From Pseudanabaena sp. BL-A-41 (GTDB lineage Bacteria > Cyanobacteriota > Cyanobacteriia > Pseudanabaenales > Pseudanabaenaceae): a DNA stretch of 64,000 nucleotides. The DNA lies in NCBI GenBank assembly GCA_050632425.1, contig CP192607.1, positions 4,634,158-4,698,157 of the forward strand, in the 5' to 3' direction. The notes under the pieces are model-generated. The model did not search any database. It was not told the DNA's origin and saw only the letters and a program-made list of their open reading frames with translations. Below, piece by piece: positions 9,667 through 18,361 of the stretch. The translations under genes were made by a program, and so were the position numbers. Numbering within the stretch: position 1 is the first letter of the stretch; every line of letters begins with the position of its first letter.

Positions 9667-9694
9667 AAAAAGGCGGCGCATCGCGCCGCCTTTT
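9667..9694 (-). terminator. GC-rich stem-loop with T-run after atpG
   Basis: aaaaaggcggcgc-atc-gcgccgcctttt, 6 nt beyond the atpG stop. Confidence 0.7.
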
Positions 9695-9699
9695 CAAAT

Positions 9700-10647
9700 T
9701 TAAGTCAAAGCGGCTGCGCCACCGACCACTTCAAGAATTTCTTGAGTAATTGCAGCTTGACGAGCTTTGTTGTACTGCAAGGTAAGATTTTTGATGAGGT
9801 CAACTGCGTTTTCGCTAGCGTTGTTCATAGCAGTCATCCGAGCTGCGAGTTCGCTAGCTACGGATTCTTGTAATGCACGTAGGATTTGGTTGCTGAGGTA
9901 GAGAGGCAACAATGCATCAAGGATTTGCTCAGGATTTTGTTCAAAGATCAATTCCTTAGGCAATTCCTTGACGGTAATTTCGCGCTTTTCACGCTCGACT
10001 TGGAATTTGCCGCCACGGGTGATCAGACGGAAAATCTCATCGTCTTGGGGTTCTAAACCTTGTGGCTCAAGGGGTAGTAGGGTTTGGACTACTGGACGAG
10101 AGCTAATCAAGGAGACAAAGCGGGTGTAGATCAACTCAACGCGATCGATTACACCAGCCAAAAATGCTGAGGTAATTTCATCTTCGATCGCATTGGCTTC
10201 AGCAGCGTTAGGAATTTGGTTTAAGTTGGTGAACTTTGCGGCGATAGGTTGATCGCGACGGGCAAAGTATTGAGCAGCCTTACGACCGACCAAAATAAAG
10301 GTGTAATTAATACCTTGTTCTTTTAATTCCTTAGCGCGAGCTTCGGCACGACGAATAATCGTTGAGTTATAGCCACCACAAAGACCGCGATCGCCTGAAA
10401 TTACCAGTAGACCAACGGTTTTTACAGGACGCTTATCGAGTAGGGGCAGACTGACATCCTCGAAAGCGATGCGCTGCTGGAGGCGGTATAGGACTTGAGC
10501 TAAGCGATCGGCAAAAGGACGTGTTGCTAAAACTTGCTGCTGAGCGCGTCTGACCTTTGCGGCGGCGACAAGACGCATTGCTTCAGTGATCTTGCGAGTA
10601 TTCTTAACAGTGCCGATGCGATCGCGGATGGATTTGAGGTTAGCCAT
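9700..10647 (-). CDS. atpG: F0F1 ATP synthase gamma subunit
   Basis: N-terminal [24 protein letters not shown] and C-terminal ITQEI.EVVGGA are canonical gamma-subunit ends. Confidence 0.95.
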   Translation of the reverse strand: MANLKSIRDRIGTVKNTRKITEAMRLVAAAKVRRAQQQVLATRPFADRLAQVLYRLQQRIAFEDVSLPLLDKRPVKTVGLLVISGDRGLCGGYNSTIIRRAEARAKELKEQGINYTFILVGRKAAQYFARRDQPIAAKFTNLNQIPNAAEANAIEDEITSAFLAGVIDRVELIYTRFVSLISSRPVVQTLLPLEPQGLEPQDDEIFRLITRGGKFQVEREKREITVKELPKELIFEQNPEQILDALLPLYLSNQILRALQESVASELAARMTAMNNASENAVDLIKNLTLQYNKARQAAITQEILEVVGGAAALT

Positions 10648-10785
10648 GAAACTAAATTGCTACTTGCTATGGGAATACTATGGAAAATTGGGGATATTAC
10701 AAAAGACACTAAAGTATCTTGATTATCTTAATAAAAAATTGCACCTTCAAACTGCAAACTGTTGTATATCCTTGAAATTGATTCC

Positions 10786-10825
10786 TGTGACATTTAGATG
10801 CACGTTAATGAATCTAAATGTCACA
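10786..10825. promoter_or_regulatory. Perfect 14-bp inverted repeat 30 nt upstream of thiG (operator or 5'-UTR hairpin)
   Basis: tgtgacatttagat-N12-atctaaatgtcaca in the atpG/thiG divergent region. Confidence 0.3.
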
Positions 10826-10855
10826 AATCCATAAATAATCTCTTAATCCTTTGAT

Positions 10856-11707
10856 ATGGTCGCTTCTTCACCTTCTTTCACAATAAATAACCAAATTTCT
10901 AATCCTGCTGAGCCATCAGATGATTTACTCGAAATTGCGGGGCGTAAATTCCGATCACGTCTAATGACTGGCTCAGGAAAATATACCAATTTTGAGATCA
11001 TGCGTCAGGCACTAGAGGCGAGTGGCTGCGAGATCGTCACCGTAGCAGTACGGCGCGTGCAAACTAATGCGGCGGGGCATGAAGGGCTTGCGGAAGCGAT
11101 CGACTGGAGCAAATATTGGCTATTACCTAATACCGCAGGCTGTCAAACTGCCGAAGAAGCTGTACGGGTCGCCAGACTAGGGCGCGAGATGGCAAAGATC
11201 TTGGGGCAAGAAGATAATAATTTTGTCAAGCTCGAAGTTATCCCCGATCTTAAATACTTGCTGCCAGATCCCCTTGGCACTTGTAAAGCTGCTGAGCAAT
11301 TGGTGAAAGAAGGCTTTGCGGTATTACCCTATATCAACGCTGACCCCAGATTGGCGAAAACCCTTGAAGAAATCGGTTGTGTCACCGTGATGCCCCTTGG
11401 TTCGCCCATTGGTTCAGGTCAGGGAATTAATAATGCCGCCAATATTCGGATCATTGTCGAAGAGGCGAAAGTGCCTGTAGTTGTCGATGCAGGAATCGGT
11501 GTGCCCAGTGAAGCGGCGGCGGCAATGGAGCTAGGTGCAGATGCCTTGTTGATTAATACCGCGATCGCCTGTGCGAATAATCCTGTGGCAATGGGTCGGG
11601 CGATGGGGATGGCTTGCGAAGCGGGTCGCGCTGCCTATCTATCTGGCAGAATTCCTGTCAAAGCCTATGCTAGTGCTAGTTCTCCCTTAACGGGACTAAT
11701 CAATTAA
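10856..11707 (+). CDS. thiG: Thiazole synthase
   Basis: [38 protein letters not shown] and VDAGIG are ThiG signatures. Confidence 0.9.
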   Translation: MVASSPSFTINNQISNPAEPSDDLLEIAGRKFRSRLMTGSGKYTNFEIMRQALEASGCEIVTVAVRRVQTNAAGHEGLAEAIDWSKYWLLPNTAGCQTAEEAVRVARLGREMAKILGQEDNNFVKLEVIPDLKYLLPDPLGTCKAAEQLVKEGFAVLPYINADPRLAKTLEEIGCVTVMPLGSPIGSGQGINNAANIRIIVEEAKVPVVVDAGIGVPSEAAAAMELGADALLINTAIACANNPVAMGRAMGMACEAGRAAYLSGRIPVKAYASASSPLTGLIN

Positions 11708-11714
11708 GCAATTT

Positions 11715-11747
11715 TTTTGATGGTGTGGCGAAGCCACACCATCAAAA
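11715..11747. terminator. Bidirectional stem-loop between convergent thiG and the GGDEF-EAL gene
   Basis: ttttgatggtgtggc-gaa-gccacaccatcaaaa. Confidence 0.7.
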
Positions 11748-14402
11748 TTAGGTAAAGACCGCACAATGCATCGTTTTTTCTAGTAAGTCGGAAGCGGCGG
11801 CGGCACTTAGCGATCGCGCAAAATAATAACCCTGTGCAAAATCACAATCCCATGCTTGCAGTTGATTTATTTGCTCCCGTAGCTCTATGCCCTCAGCAAT
11901 TACCTTAATATTCATGGCATGGGCAAGAGCAATAATCGCTTTGACAATCTCAACATTGCGATCGCCTGAATGGATTTGACTGATAAAAGAGCGATCAATC
12001 TTAATGATATTGACAGGAAACCTCTGGAGATAGCTCAGGGATGAAAAACCTGTACCGAAATCATCAAGACTCAAGTGAATATTACGCGCCCGTAGTTGCT
12101 GAAAAACTCGCACCGCAATTTCCGTATTCTCAATGAGAATTGTTTCCGTAATTTCTAGATTTAAACTGCTTTGAGGAATTCCCGTCTCGCGGAGAATATC
12201 GTCAATTGTGGCAATGATCTGCGGATCTTTTAATTGCTTGCCAGAGAGATTGACATTAATAGTTAGAGACTTGAGGGATGGATATTGCTCTAACCACAAC
12301 TTAATTTGACGGCAGGCTGTTTGTAAGACCCATTTCCCCAAACTCACAATTAAGCCAGTTTCCTCAGCAATGGGAATGAATTCCCCTGCGGTGATGAAGC
12401 CTCTTGTGGGATGTTGCCAACGGACTAAGGCTTCAAAACCGCATAGATGCATAGTTTTTAAACAGACAATCGGTTCGTAATAAACCAGAAATTCCTCCCG
12501 TGCGATCGCCTGCCGTAGTTCATTTTCGAGTTGGAGACGACTGAGCACTAAGTCATACATCGCATGATCAAAGATTTCATAACAGGCGCGACCTTGATCC
12601 TTGGCTCGATACATCGCGATATCCGCATCTCGAAGGAGGTCACTCGCATTGTCATAATCATGGGAACCAAAGACGATACCAATACTAGCGCTCGTCAGAA
12701 TTTGATTGCTATCAATCTCAATTTCATTTTGTAGCCTTGCATGAATCCGCTCCGCCACTTCGATCGCATCCTGAGAACTGTCAATATCATCTACAAGAAT
12801 CGTAAATTCATCGCCACCTAGCCTCGCCACCGTATCAAAGGAACGCACAGATCTTTCGAGGATTTCGGCAATCTTAATTAAGAGGCGATCGCCTACTAAA
12901 TGCCCCAGACTGTCATTGATGACTTTAAATCGGTCTAAATCAATAAATAGAATGGCAAAACGATGCTCTACCATCCGCTTAGATTTTTTGAGCACCATTT
13001 CGAGGCGATCGGTAAACAATGTGCGATTGGGTAAGCCCGTCAAACTATCGTGAAAAGCCTGATAAACGAGTTTATCTTCACTATATTTGCGATCGGTAAT
13101 GTCTTGCCCAATACCGACGATACTTTGGATTGCGCCTAATTCATTACGCACTGGTACGGCTCTTTCAAATAACCAGCGAATTTCTCCACTAGGCTGCACC
13201 ATCCGATATTCCAGACTCCATCCTGTATTGAGATGCTGTTGATGCGTAGCGAGTACTTTCGCCCGATCTTCCTCATAAATTACCTTGATAAATGCTTGAG
13301 AATTCTCATAGATCTCTTCACAGGGGAACCCTGAAATTTTTTCATAGGCAGGATTGATATAGATAAACTGCGTGAAATCGGCATTAACCATCCAGAAGAT
13401 CTCGTGGATATTTTCTGCCATTTGACGAAATCTCTCTTCGCTTTCCCTTAAGGCTGTTTCTGCTTGCTTGCGCTCAGTAATATCTTCAGCAAAACAGAGC
13501 AGGTATTGAGGATATAAATTGCGATCGTAGAGGGGGATTTTGACAGTATGGAGAATCCGCCGTCCTAGGCTATAACTATCAATCGGCTCTTCGGGGATAT
13601 CTTCAGGAGAACCACTCACAAAAGCTTCAATGTCTTTTTGGGTAAAAAAATCCGCTTGCTCCTTTGGGAAATGCTCATAGACGGTTTTACCGATCGCATC
13701 TTGGACTGTTACACCAAACATATTTTCACTGGTGCGATTCCAGAGCAACATTTTGCCAAAGTTTTGGGGTCTACCATCCTTGACAAATACAGCCACAGGC
13801 AAATGATCGATAATATTTTGCAAAAAATTGCGCGTAGTTTCCAATTCACTCGCTATTGAGGCATAGCGTTGTTCACTTTCTTGTAAGGCGATCGCGGTTC
13901 TTTTGAAATCAGTCACCTCTACAAATGTAATGACTATGCGTGTGATCTCCCCTGCTTGATCAAACTCAGGATAGGCATTAATTAAAGCCCAAACTATGTC
14001 ATTGGTTGCGGAACGATACAAACCCATCTCATAGTTTTTCAAGATTTGCTTTTCACGCAGGATCTTATTCACAGGAAAATCATCCAGATGCATGATCCGA
14101 CCATCCCCGTGATAAAAACGCCAGTTCGGATCAGTCGCATCCTTACCTGACATTTCGCTTTGAATGAGACCCAAGATATCTGCCGCCGCAGGATTGGCAA
14201 ATAGAATCTTCGTGTCAGCGTCATGGACAATGATGCCCGTTTGGATATTGTCAACTAGTTTTTGAGCAAGATTTGCAATTAAAAACTCAGCCTTATACTT
14301 CCTTAGCCGTTCAGCAGAAATTTGCGCTAATTGCTCCCTTAAAGAGAGATTTTTCGCTTCTAGCTCCGTAATTTTTAATTGCAAGATATCTACTTCACTC
14401 AT
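11748..14402 (-). CDS. PAS/PAC-GGDEF-EAL signalling protein (c-di-GMP turnover)
   Basis: N-terminal coiled coil and several PAS-like blocks. GGDEF motif (RLGGDEFTIL) and EAL domain (FEALVRW, DDFGTG, KIDRSF). Confidence 0.9.
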   Translation of the reverse strand: MSEVDILQLKITELEAKNLSLREQLAQISAERLRKYKAEFLIANLAQKLVDNIQTGIIVHDADTKILFANPAAADILGLIQSEMSGKDATDPNWRFYHGDGRIMHLDDFPVNKILREKQILKNYEMGLYRSATNDIVWALINAYPEFDQAGEITRIVITFVEVTDFKRTAIALQESEQRYASIASELETTRNFLQNIIDHLPVAVFVKDGRPQNFGKMLLWNRTSENMFGVTVQDAIGKTVYEHFPKEQADFFTQKDIEAFVSGSPEDIPEEPIDSYSLGRRILHTVKIPLYDRNLYPQYLLCFAEDITERKQAETALRESEERFRQMAENIHEIFWMVNADFTQFIYINPAYEKISGFPCEEIYENSQAFIKVIYEEDRAKVLATHQQHLNTGWSLEYRMVQPSGEIRWLFERAVPVRNELGAIQSIVGIGQDITDRKYSEDKLVYQAFHDSLTGLPNRTLFTDRLEMVLKKSKRMVEHRFAILFIDLDRFKVINDSLGHLVGDRLLIKIAEILERSVRSFDTVARLGGDEFTILVDDIDSSQDAIEVAERIHARLQNEIEIDSNQILTSASIGIVFGSHDYDNASDLLRDADIAMYRAKDQGRACYEIFDHAMYDLVLSRLQLENELRQAIAREEFLVYYEPIVCLKTMHLCGFEALVRWQHPTRGFITAGEFIPIAEETGLIVSLGKWVLQTACRQIKLWLEQYPSLKSLTINVNLSGKQLKDPQIIATIDDILRETGIPQSSLNLEITETILIENTEIAVRVFQQLRARNIHLSLDDFGTGFSSLSYLQRFPVNIIKIDRSFISQIHSGDRNVEIVKAIIALAHAMNIKVIAEGIELREQINQLQAWDCDFAQGYYFARSLSAAAASDLLEKTMHCAVFT

Positions 14403-14445
14403 GATCTAACTTGCCATTGAGGATCATTCTATGTGCCATAGGCTT

Positions 14446-14533
14446 GATATAGCATTTACCTAGGGTTTGTTTCCCTGCCTTTGGCAGGGAAACAAACCTC
14501 TGTACCTCGCTTGCTTGAAAAGCGCTATATATC
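14446..14533. mobile_element. Repeat family C (TIR gatatagc.., internal hairpin gtttgtttccctgcc/ggcagggaaacaaac)
   Basis: Shares ...ctctgtacctcgcttgcttgaaaagcgctatat with 46388-46487. Confidence 0.7.
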
Positions 14534-14656
14534 TATGTGTTTTAGGTTTAAAACCCCCTTAATAATTTATAATTTTAGCCCACGATCTCCAATCATCAAA
14601 ACTGGATTTCCTTAAAGCTTAAATTTCGGTAGTCCTAAAAAGGAAAGGATTTATAT

Positions 14657-14695
14657 GGTAAGGATGGGCGGCGCTTCGCGCCGCCCATCCTTACC
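14657..14695 (-). terminator. Stem-loop after the glycosyltransferase gene
   Basis: ggtaaggatgggcggcgc-ttc-gcgccgcccatccttacc. Confidence 0.6.
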
Positions 14696-14704
14696 TATTT
14701 AGCA

Positions 14705-15709
14705 CTACCTAAATTTCTTTTTGAGCTTAGCTAATATTCTTTGTGATCGCAGCTTTGTGATGTACCAATAGCTTAGTTCAGGAATATTCCCCCGATATTG
14801 CTGTTTGTGATCAAAAAATTCATTGAGATCTTCCAAAATTATGGTTAAGCGTTGAATAATATTCTCAGAACGATATTCTGCTAATACTGATGCTGCTAAA
14901 GATAACTTTGGTTGATTGTGAATAGTTTTGAGTATTCTTTGGACATCAAATTCTTGAGAATAGCCAGCAATTTTATAGCAATTAAAAGCAGGATCTAAAT
15001 AATCGGATAACCCATGATTGACACTGGAAAAAACTTGGCATCCACAGGCTAGAGCTTCCATAGGTTGCAGTCCAAATCCTTCGGTTACGCCCTGTATCTC
15101 CCAATATTCGGCAGAATCATACAAATAGACCTTAGCACGATTAAATAATCCCTCTAAATTTTCTACATAAGAATTAATTACTTCCACATGACATTGTTTT
15201 TGCAAAGCTGGAATTAATTGATTCATTAAGTAATTAGAAGATTTTCGAGCTTGGACTAAGACATCAATATCGCGATCGCCATGCCAGTTTTGAAATTGAT
15301 CAGAAATCTCATTGGGTAAATAGTAAATGAGGGCGTGGGGCGATCGCTGTCCCCAATAACCGAGAGTATTGCGACTGACCGTAATAATTGGCACACTCGC
15401 AGGGAGATTAAAGCCATAGCCTGCACTGTGAGCATGATAAATTACATTGAGATGCTTTAACTTAGGGGCAAGCTTAACCACATCAAATCCCCAACTCATC
15501 ACGAAAATTACATCATCTAAGGCTCGAAATGTATCATCATTACTGAGTAAATCATTTAGCCATAAATGCTCTGGTTCCCGTTGCCGATAGGTAACTACTT
15601 CCGCCGCACAAATTTGCTGAGCTAGCTTTAAGGTTTTCAATTCTGCCCACAATCCCCCACAGGCAAATTTATTTGTGGTTCCTGGCAATAAAAAGTACAG
15701 TTTTCTCAT
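14705..15709 (-). CDS. Glycosyltransferase (GT-B, family 1/4-like)
   Basis: The C-terminal motif EGFGLQPMEALACGCQVFS is typical of GT1/GT4 enzymes. Confidence 0.65.
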   Translation of the reverse strand: MRKLYFLLPGTTNKFACGGLWAELKTLKLAQQICAAEVVTYRQREPEHLWLNDLLSNDDTFRALDDVIFVMSWGFDVVKLAPKLKHLNVIYHAHSAGYGFNLPASVPIITVSRNTLGYWGQRSPHALIYYLPNEISDQFQNWHGDRDIDVLVQARKSSNYLMNQLIPALQKQCHVEVINSYVENLEGLFNRAKVYLYDSAEYWEIQGVTEGFGLQPMEALACGCQVFSSVNHGLSDYLDPAFNCYKIAGYSQEFDVQRILKTIHNQPKLSLAASVLAEYRSENIIQRLTIILEDLNEFFDHKQQYRGNIPELSYWYITKLRSQRILAKLKKKFR

Positions 15710-15753
15710 AGGGAGAGCGCATAAAGGCTAATTAAATTAGCAGGATAAAGTCT

Positions 15754-16332
15754 TTGTTAAAGCAGTTTAGGACAAAAGGGCAAATCATAAGAAACTCTCA
15801 TGGAGGTTTTCTCCTGCTCTGGACTATAGCAACTGCGATCGGTTATGCAGGCGGAGGATTACTTAGTGGAGCCGTTGTCAGAATAGTAGGGGGTGGATGG
15901 GGACTATTTCTCAGCTTTGCGGTAATTAGCGCAGTACTTGGCTTAACTCAGTGGCTCGCGATCAGAACCAAAATCATGGGCACTGGTTGGCTCTGGACAA
16001 CATGGGTAGGTGGTACTTTAGGAGGTGCATTTAGTTCTTGGGCGAGTTTTCAGATCGCATTTACCTATGGTAGTGCAGTAGATCTGTTGGTAATCTATGG
16101 ATGTTTGCGGGGACTAACAACGGGAATCGCGCAATGGATAATTTTGCGAAGACATAGTAAGTTTGCCGATTGGTGGATAGTTGCTTCCGCCGTGAGTTGG
16201 TATATCGGTGTCTTAGTTGGCAGTTTGCTGATGGATAAATTGGGATATTTCTTGATATTGCTTGTCGGTACAATTTACGGCGTTCTTTCAGGAGGCGCTT
16301 TAATGTTGATACTTTGGAGGCGGCGACAATAA
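15754..16332 (+). CDS. Integral membrane protein, unknown function
   Basis: About six Gly/Trp-rich hydrophobic segments. The ORF opens with TTG, so the start is uncertain. Confidence 0.5.
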   Translation: MLKQFRTKGQIIRNSHGGFLLLWTIATAIGYAGGGLLSGAVVRIVGGGWGLFLSFAVISAVLGLTQWLAIRTKIMGTGWLWTTWVGGTLGGAFSSWASFQIAFTYGSAVDLLVIYGCLRGLTTGIAQWIILRRHSKFADWWIVASAVSWYIGVLVGSLLMDKLGYFLILLVGTIYGVLSGGALMLILWRRRQ

Positions 16333-16425
16333 CGCTAAACTAGATTCTATAGCGGTTTTCGTTTCACCTACGACGAAGTGAAAACCGCTATCAGTTCATC
16401 GATTTAAGTTCACCAGTTACAAGGC

Positions 16426-18348
16426 ATGGCACTTTTTACATTGCGATCGCTCCGAAAAGATTTTGGCATTAAGGAAATCCTTAAAGATGCTAGCTTTAGC
16501 CTTGATGAAGGTGACAAAGTCGGATTGATCGGCACAAATGGTTCTGGCAAATCCACATTACTGAAAATGATTGCGGGACTAGAGCATAGTGATGGTGGTG
16601 AGCTATGGGTAAATTCCAGCGCCAAGATCATCTATTTACCACAGCAGCCAGACTTGAATGAAGAACTGACGGTTTTAGAACAAGTGTTTGCCGATAGTGG
16701 CGAACAAATGGCATTAGTCAAGGAATATGAAGAAATTTCCGATAAGTTATCCCACGGACATGGGGATCAAGATCGGTTATTAGCGCAGTTATCGAGCGTG
16801 TCAGAACGCATGGATCAAACTGGTGCTTGGGATCTGGAAACCAATGCCAAAATCGTTTTAACGAAGTTGGGTATCGATGATTTAGAAGCAAAAATTGGTA
16901 GCCTTTCGGGTGGATATCGCAAACGTATTGCGATCGCATCTGCACTACTTTCTGCTCCCGATGTTTTATTAATGGACGAGCCAACTAACCATCTTGATGC
17001 TCTTTCTGTGGAATGGCTACAGAGCTATCTCAATCGTTATCGTGGTGCGTTACTGCTGATTACCCACGATCGCTATTTTCTCGATAAAGTCACCAATCGC
17101 ATTATCGAAATTGATCGTGGCGATCTATATTCCTATTCAGGCAATTATTCCTACTATTTAGAGAAAAAAGCGGAAGCAGAGGAGTCGGCTCTCAGTACAC
17201 AGCGCAAACATGCGGGACTCCTGCGTCGAGAACTAGAATGGCTGAAAAAAGGGCCAAAGGCGCGGAGTACCAAACAGAAGGCTCGCATTGATCGCGCCCA
17301 TGCCTTGCAAGCGACAGAATTTAAACAAGTCAATGCCAAGGTTGATATCACAACATCTGGACGACGCATTGGCAAAAAGGTGGTGGAACTCGATCGCATT
17401 AGTAAGTCCTATGGCGATCGCACTCTCATCAAAGATTTCTCCTATAACTTCACACCCGAAGACCGCATCGGCATCATCGGCAGCAATGGCGCTGGTAAAT
17501 CCACATTGATGAATATGATCACAGGGCGATTACAGCCCGATGCAGGAACGGTAGAAATCGGCACAACAATTCATTTTGGCTATTTCGATCAACATTCCGA
17601 TGATTTATTAGAGCATGGTAATCAGCGTGTGATCGACTACCTAAAGGATGTATCGGAACTGGTCAAAACCTCTGATGGAAGCATTATTACCGCTTCGCAA
17701 ATGCTAGAGCGATTTCTCTTCCCTCCCAATCAGCAATATGCACCGATTAACAAACTCTCTGGTGGCGAAAAGCGGCGCTTATTTCTACTCAAAGTTTTAA
17801 TGGAAGCGCCCAATGTCTTAATCCTTGATGAACCGACTAACGATCTTGATGTCCAAACCCTTGCTGTTTTAGAGGAATATCTCGAAGACTTTAACGGTTG
17901 TGTGATCGTGGTTTCCCACGATCGCTATTTTCTCGATCGCACTGTTGATATGGTTTTCTCCTTTGAGGCTCACGGCGAAGTGCGTTTATACCCCGGCAAC
18001 TATTCCGTTTACTTAGATTATAAAAAAGATGAAGAAGAGAAACAGGTTAGTTCTCCGAAAGATCAAAAGTCCATTCCTGTAAAGGTTACACCCACGGAAA
18101 TCGCTACGCCAAAACCTGATCCTCGCAAAGTCTCGAAACTGTCTTACAAAGAGAAGCGAGAGTATGAAGATCTAGAATTGAAAATCCCCCAAATGGAAGT
18201 GGAAAAACTGCAAGTTGAAAAGAAACTTTATCACAATCCTCCTAGCGGACATACAGAAGTTCAGAAACTCGCTAGCCGTTTAGCCGAACTCACCGAGGCG
18301 ATCGATCAATCCACCGAGCGTTGGCTAGAACTTGCCGAACGTATTTAG
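16426..18348 (+). CDS. ABC-F family ATPase (two ABC domains, no TMD)
   Basis: Walker A GTNGSGKST and GSNGAGKST, signatures LSGGYRKR and LSGGEKRR, and a charged C-terminal coiled coil. Confidence 0.9.
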   Translation: MALFTLRSLRKDFGIKEILKDASFSLDEGDKVGLIGTNGSGKSTLLKMIAGLEHSDGGELWVNSSAKIIYLPQQPDLNEELTVLEQVFADSGEQMALVKEYEEISDKLSHGHGDQDRLLAQLSSVSERMDQTGAWDLETNAKIVLTKLGIDDLEAKIGSLSGGYRKRIAIASALLSAPDVLLMDEPTNHLDALSVEWLQSYLNRYRGALLLITHDRYFLDKVTNRIIEIDRGDLYSYSGNYSYYLEKKAEAEESALSTQRKHAGLLRRELEWLKKGPKARSTKQKARIDRAHALQATEFKQVNAKVDITTSGRRIGKKVVELDRISKSYGDRTLIKDFSYNFTPEDRIGIIGSNGAGKSTLMNMITGRLQPDAGTVEIGTTIHFGYFDQHSDDLLEHGNQRVIDYLKDVSELVKTSDGSIITASQMLERFLFPPNQQYAPINKLSGGEKRRLFLLKVLMEAPNVLILDEPTNDLDVQTLAVLEEYLEDFNGCVIVVSHDRYFLDRTVDMVFSFEAHGEVRLYPGNYSVYLDYKKDEEEKQVSSPKDQKSIPVKVTPTEIATPKPDPRKVSKLSYKEKREYEDLELKIPQMEVEKLQVEKKLYHNPPSGHTEVQKLASRLAELTEAIDQSTERWLELAERI

Positions 18349-18361
18349 TCATCAATTTGCC

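Noticed and set aside
10648-10855. TPP riboswitch upstream of thiG
   Set aside because: I could not find the conserved CUGAGA / ACCUGAUCUGGAUAAUGCCAGCG-type elements.
16410-17399. Antisense or out-of-frame ORFs within the ABC-F gene
   Set aside because: These are shadow ORFs of a well-supported long CDS.
18332-18361. Start of the hybrid kinase at 18332, overlapping the ABC-F gene by 17 nt
   Set aside because: A non-ATG start inside the upstream CDS is possible, but ATG 18362 is more parsimonious. This remains unresolved without N-terminal data.
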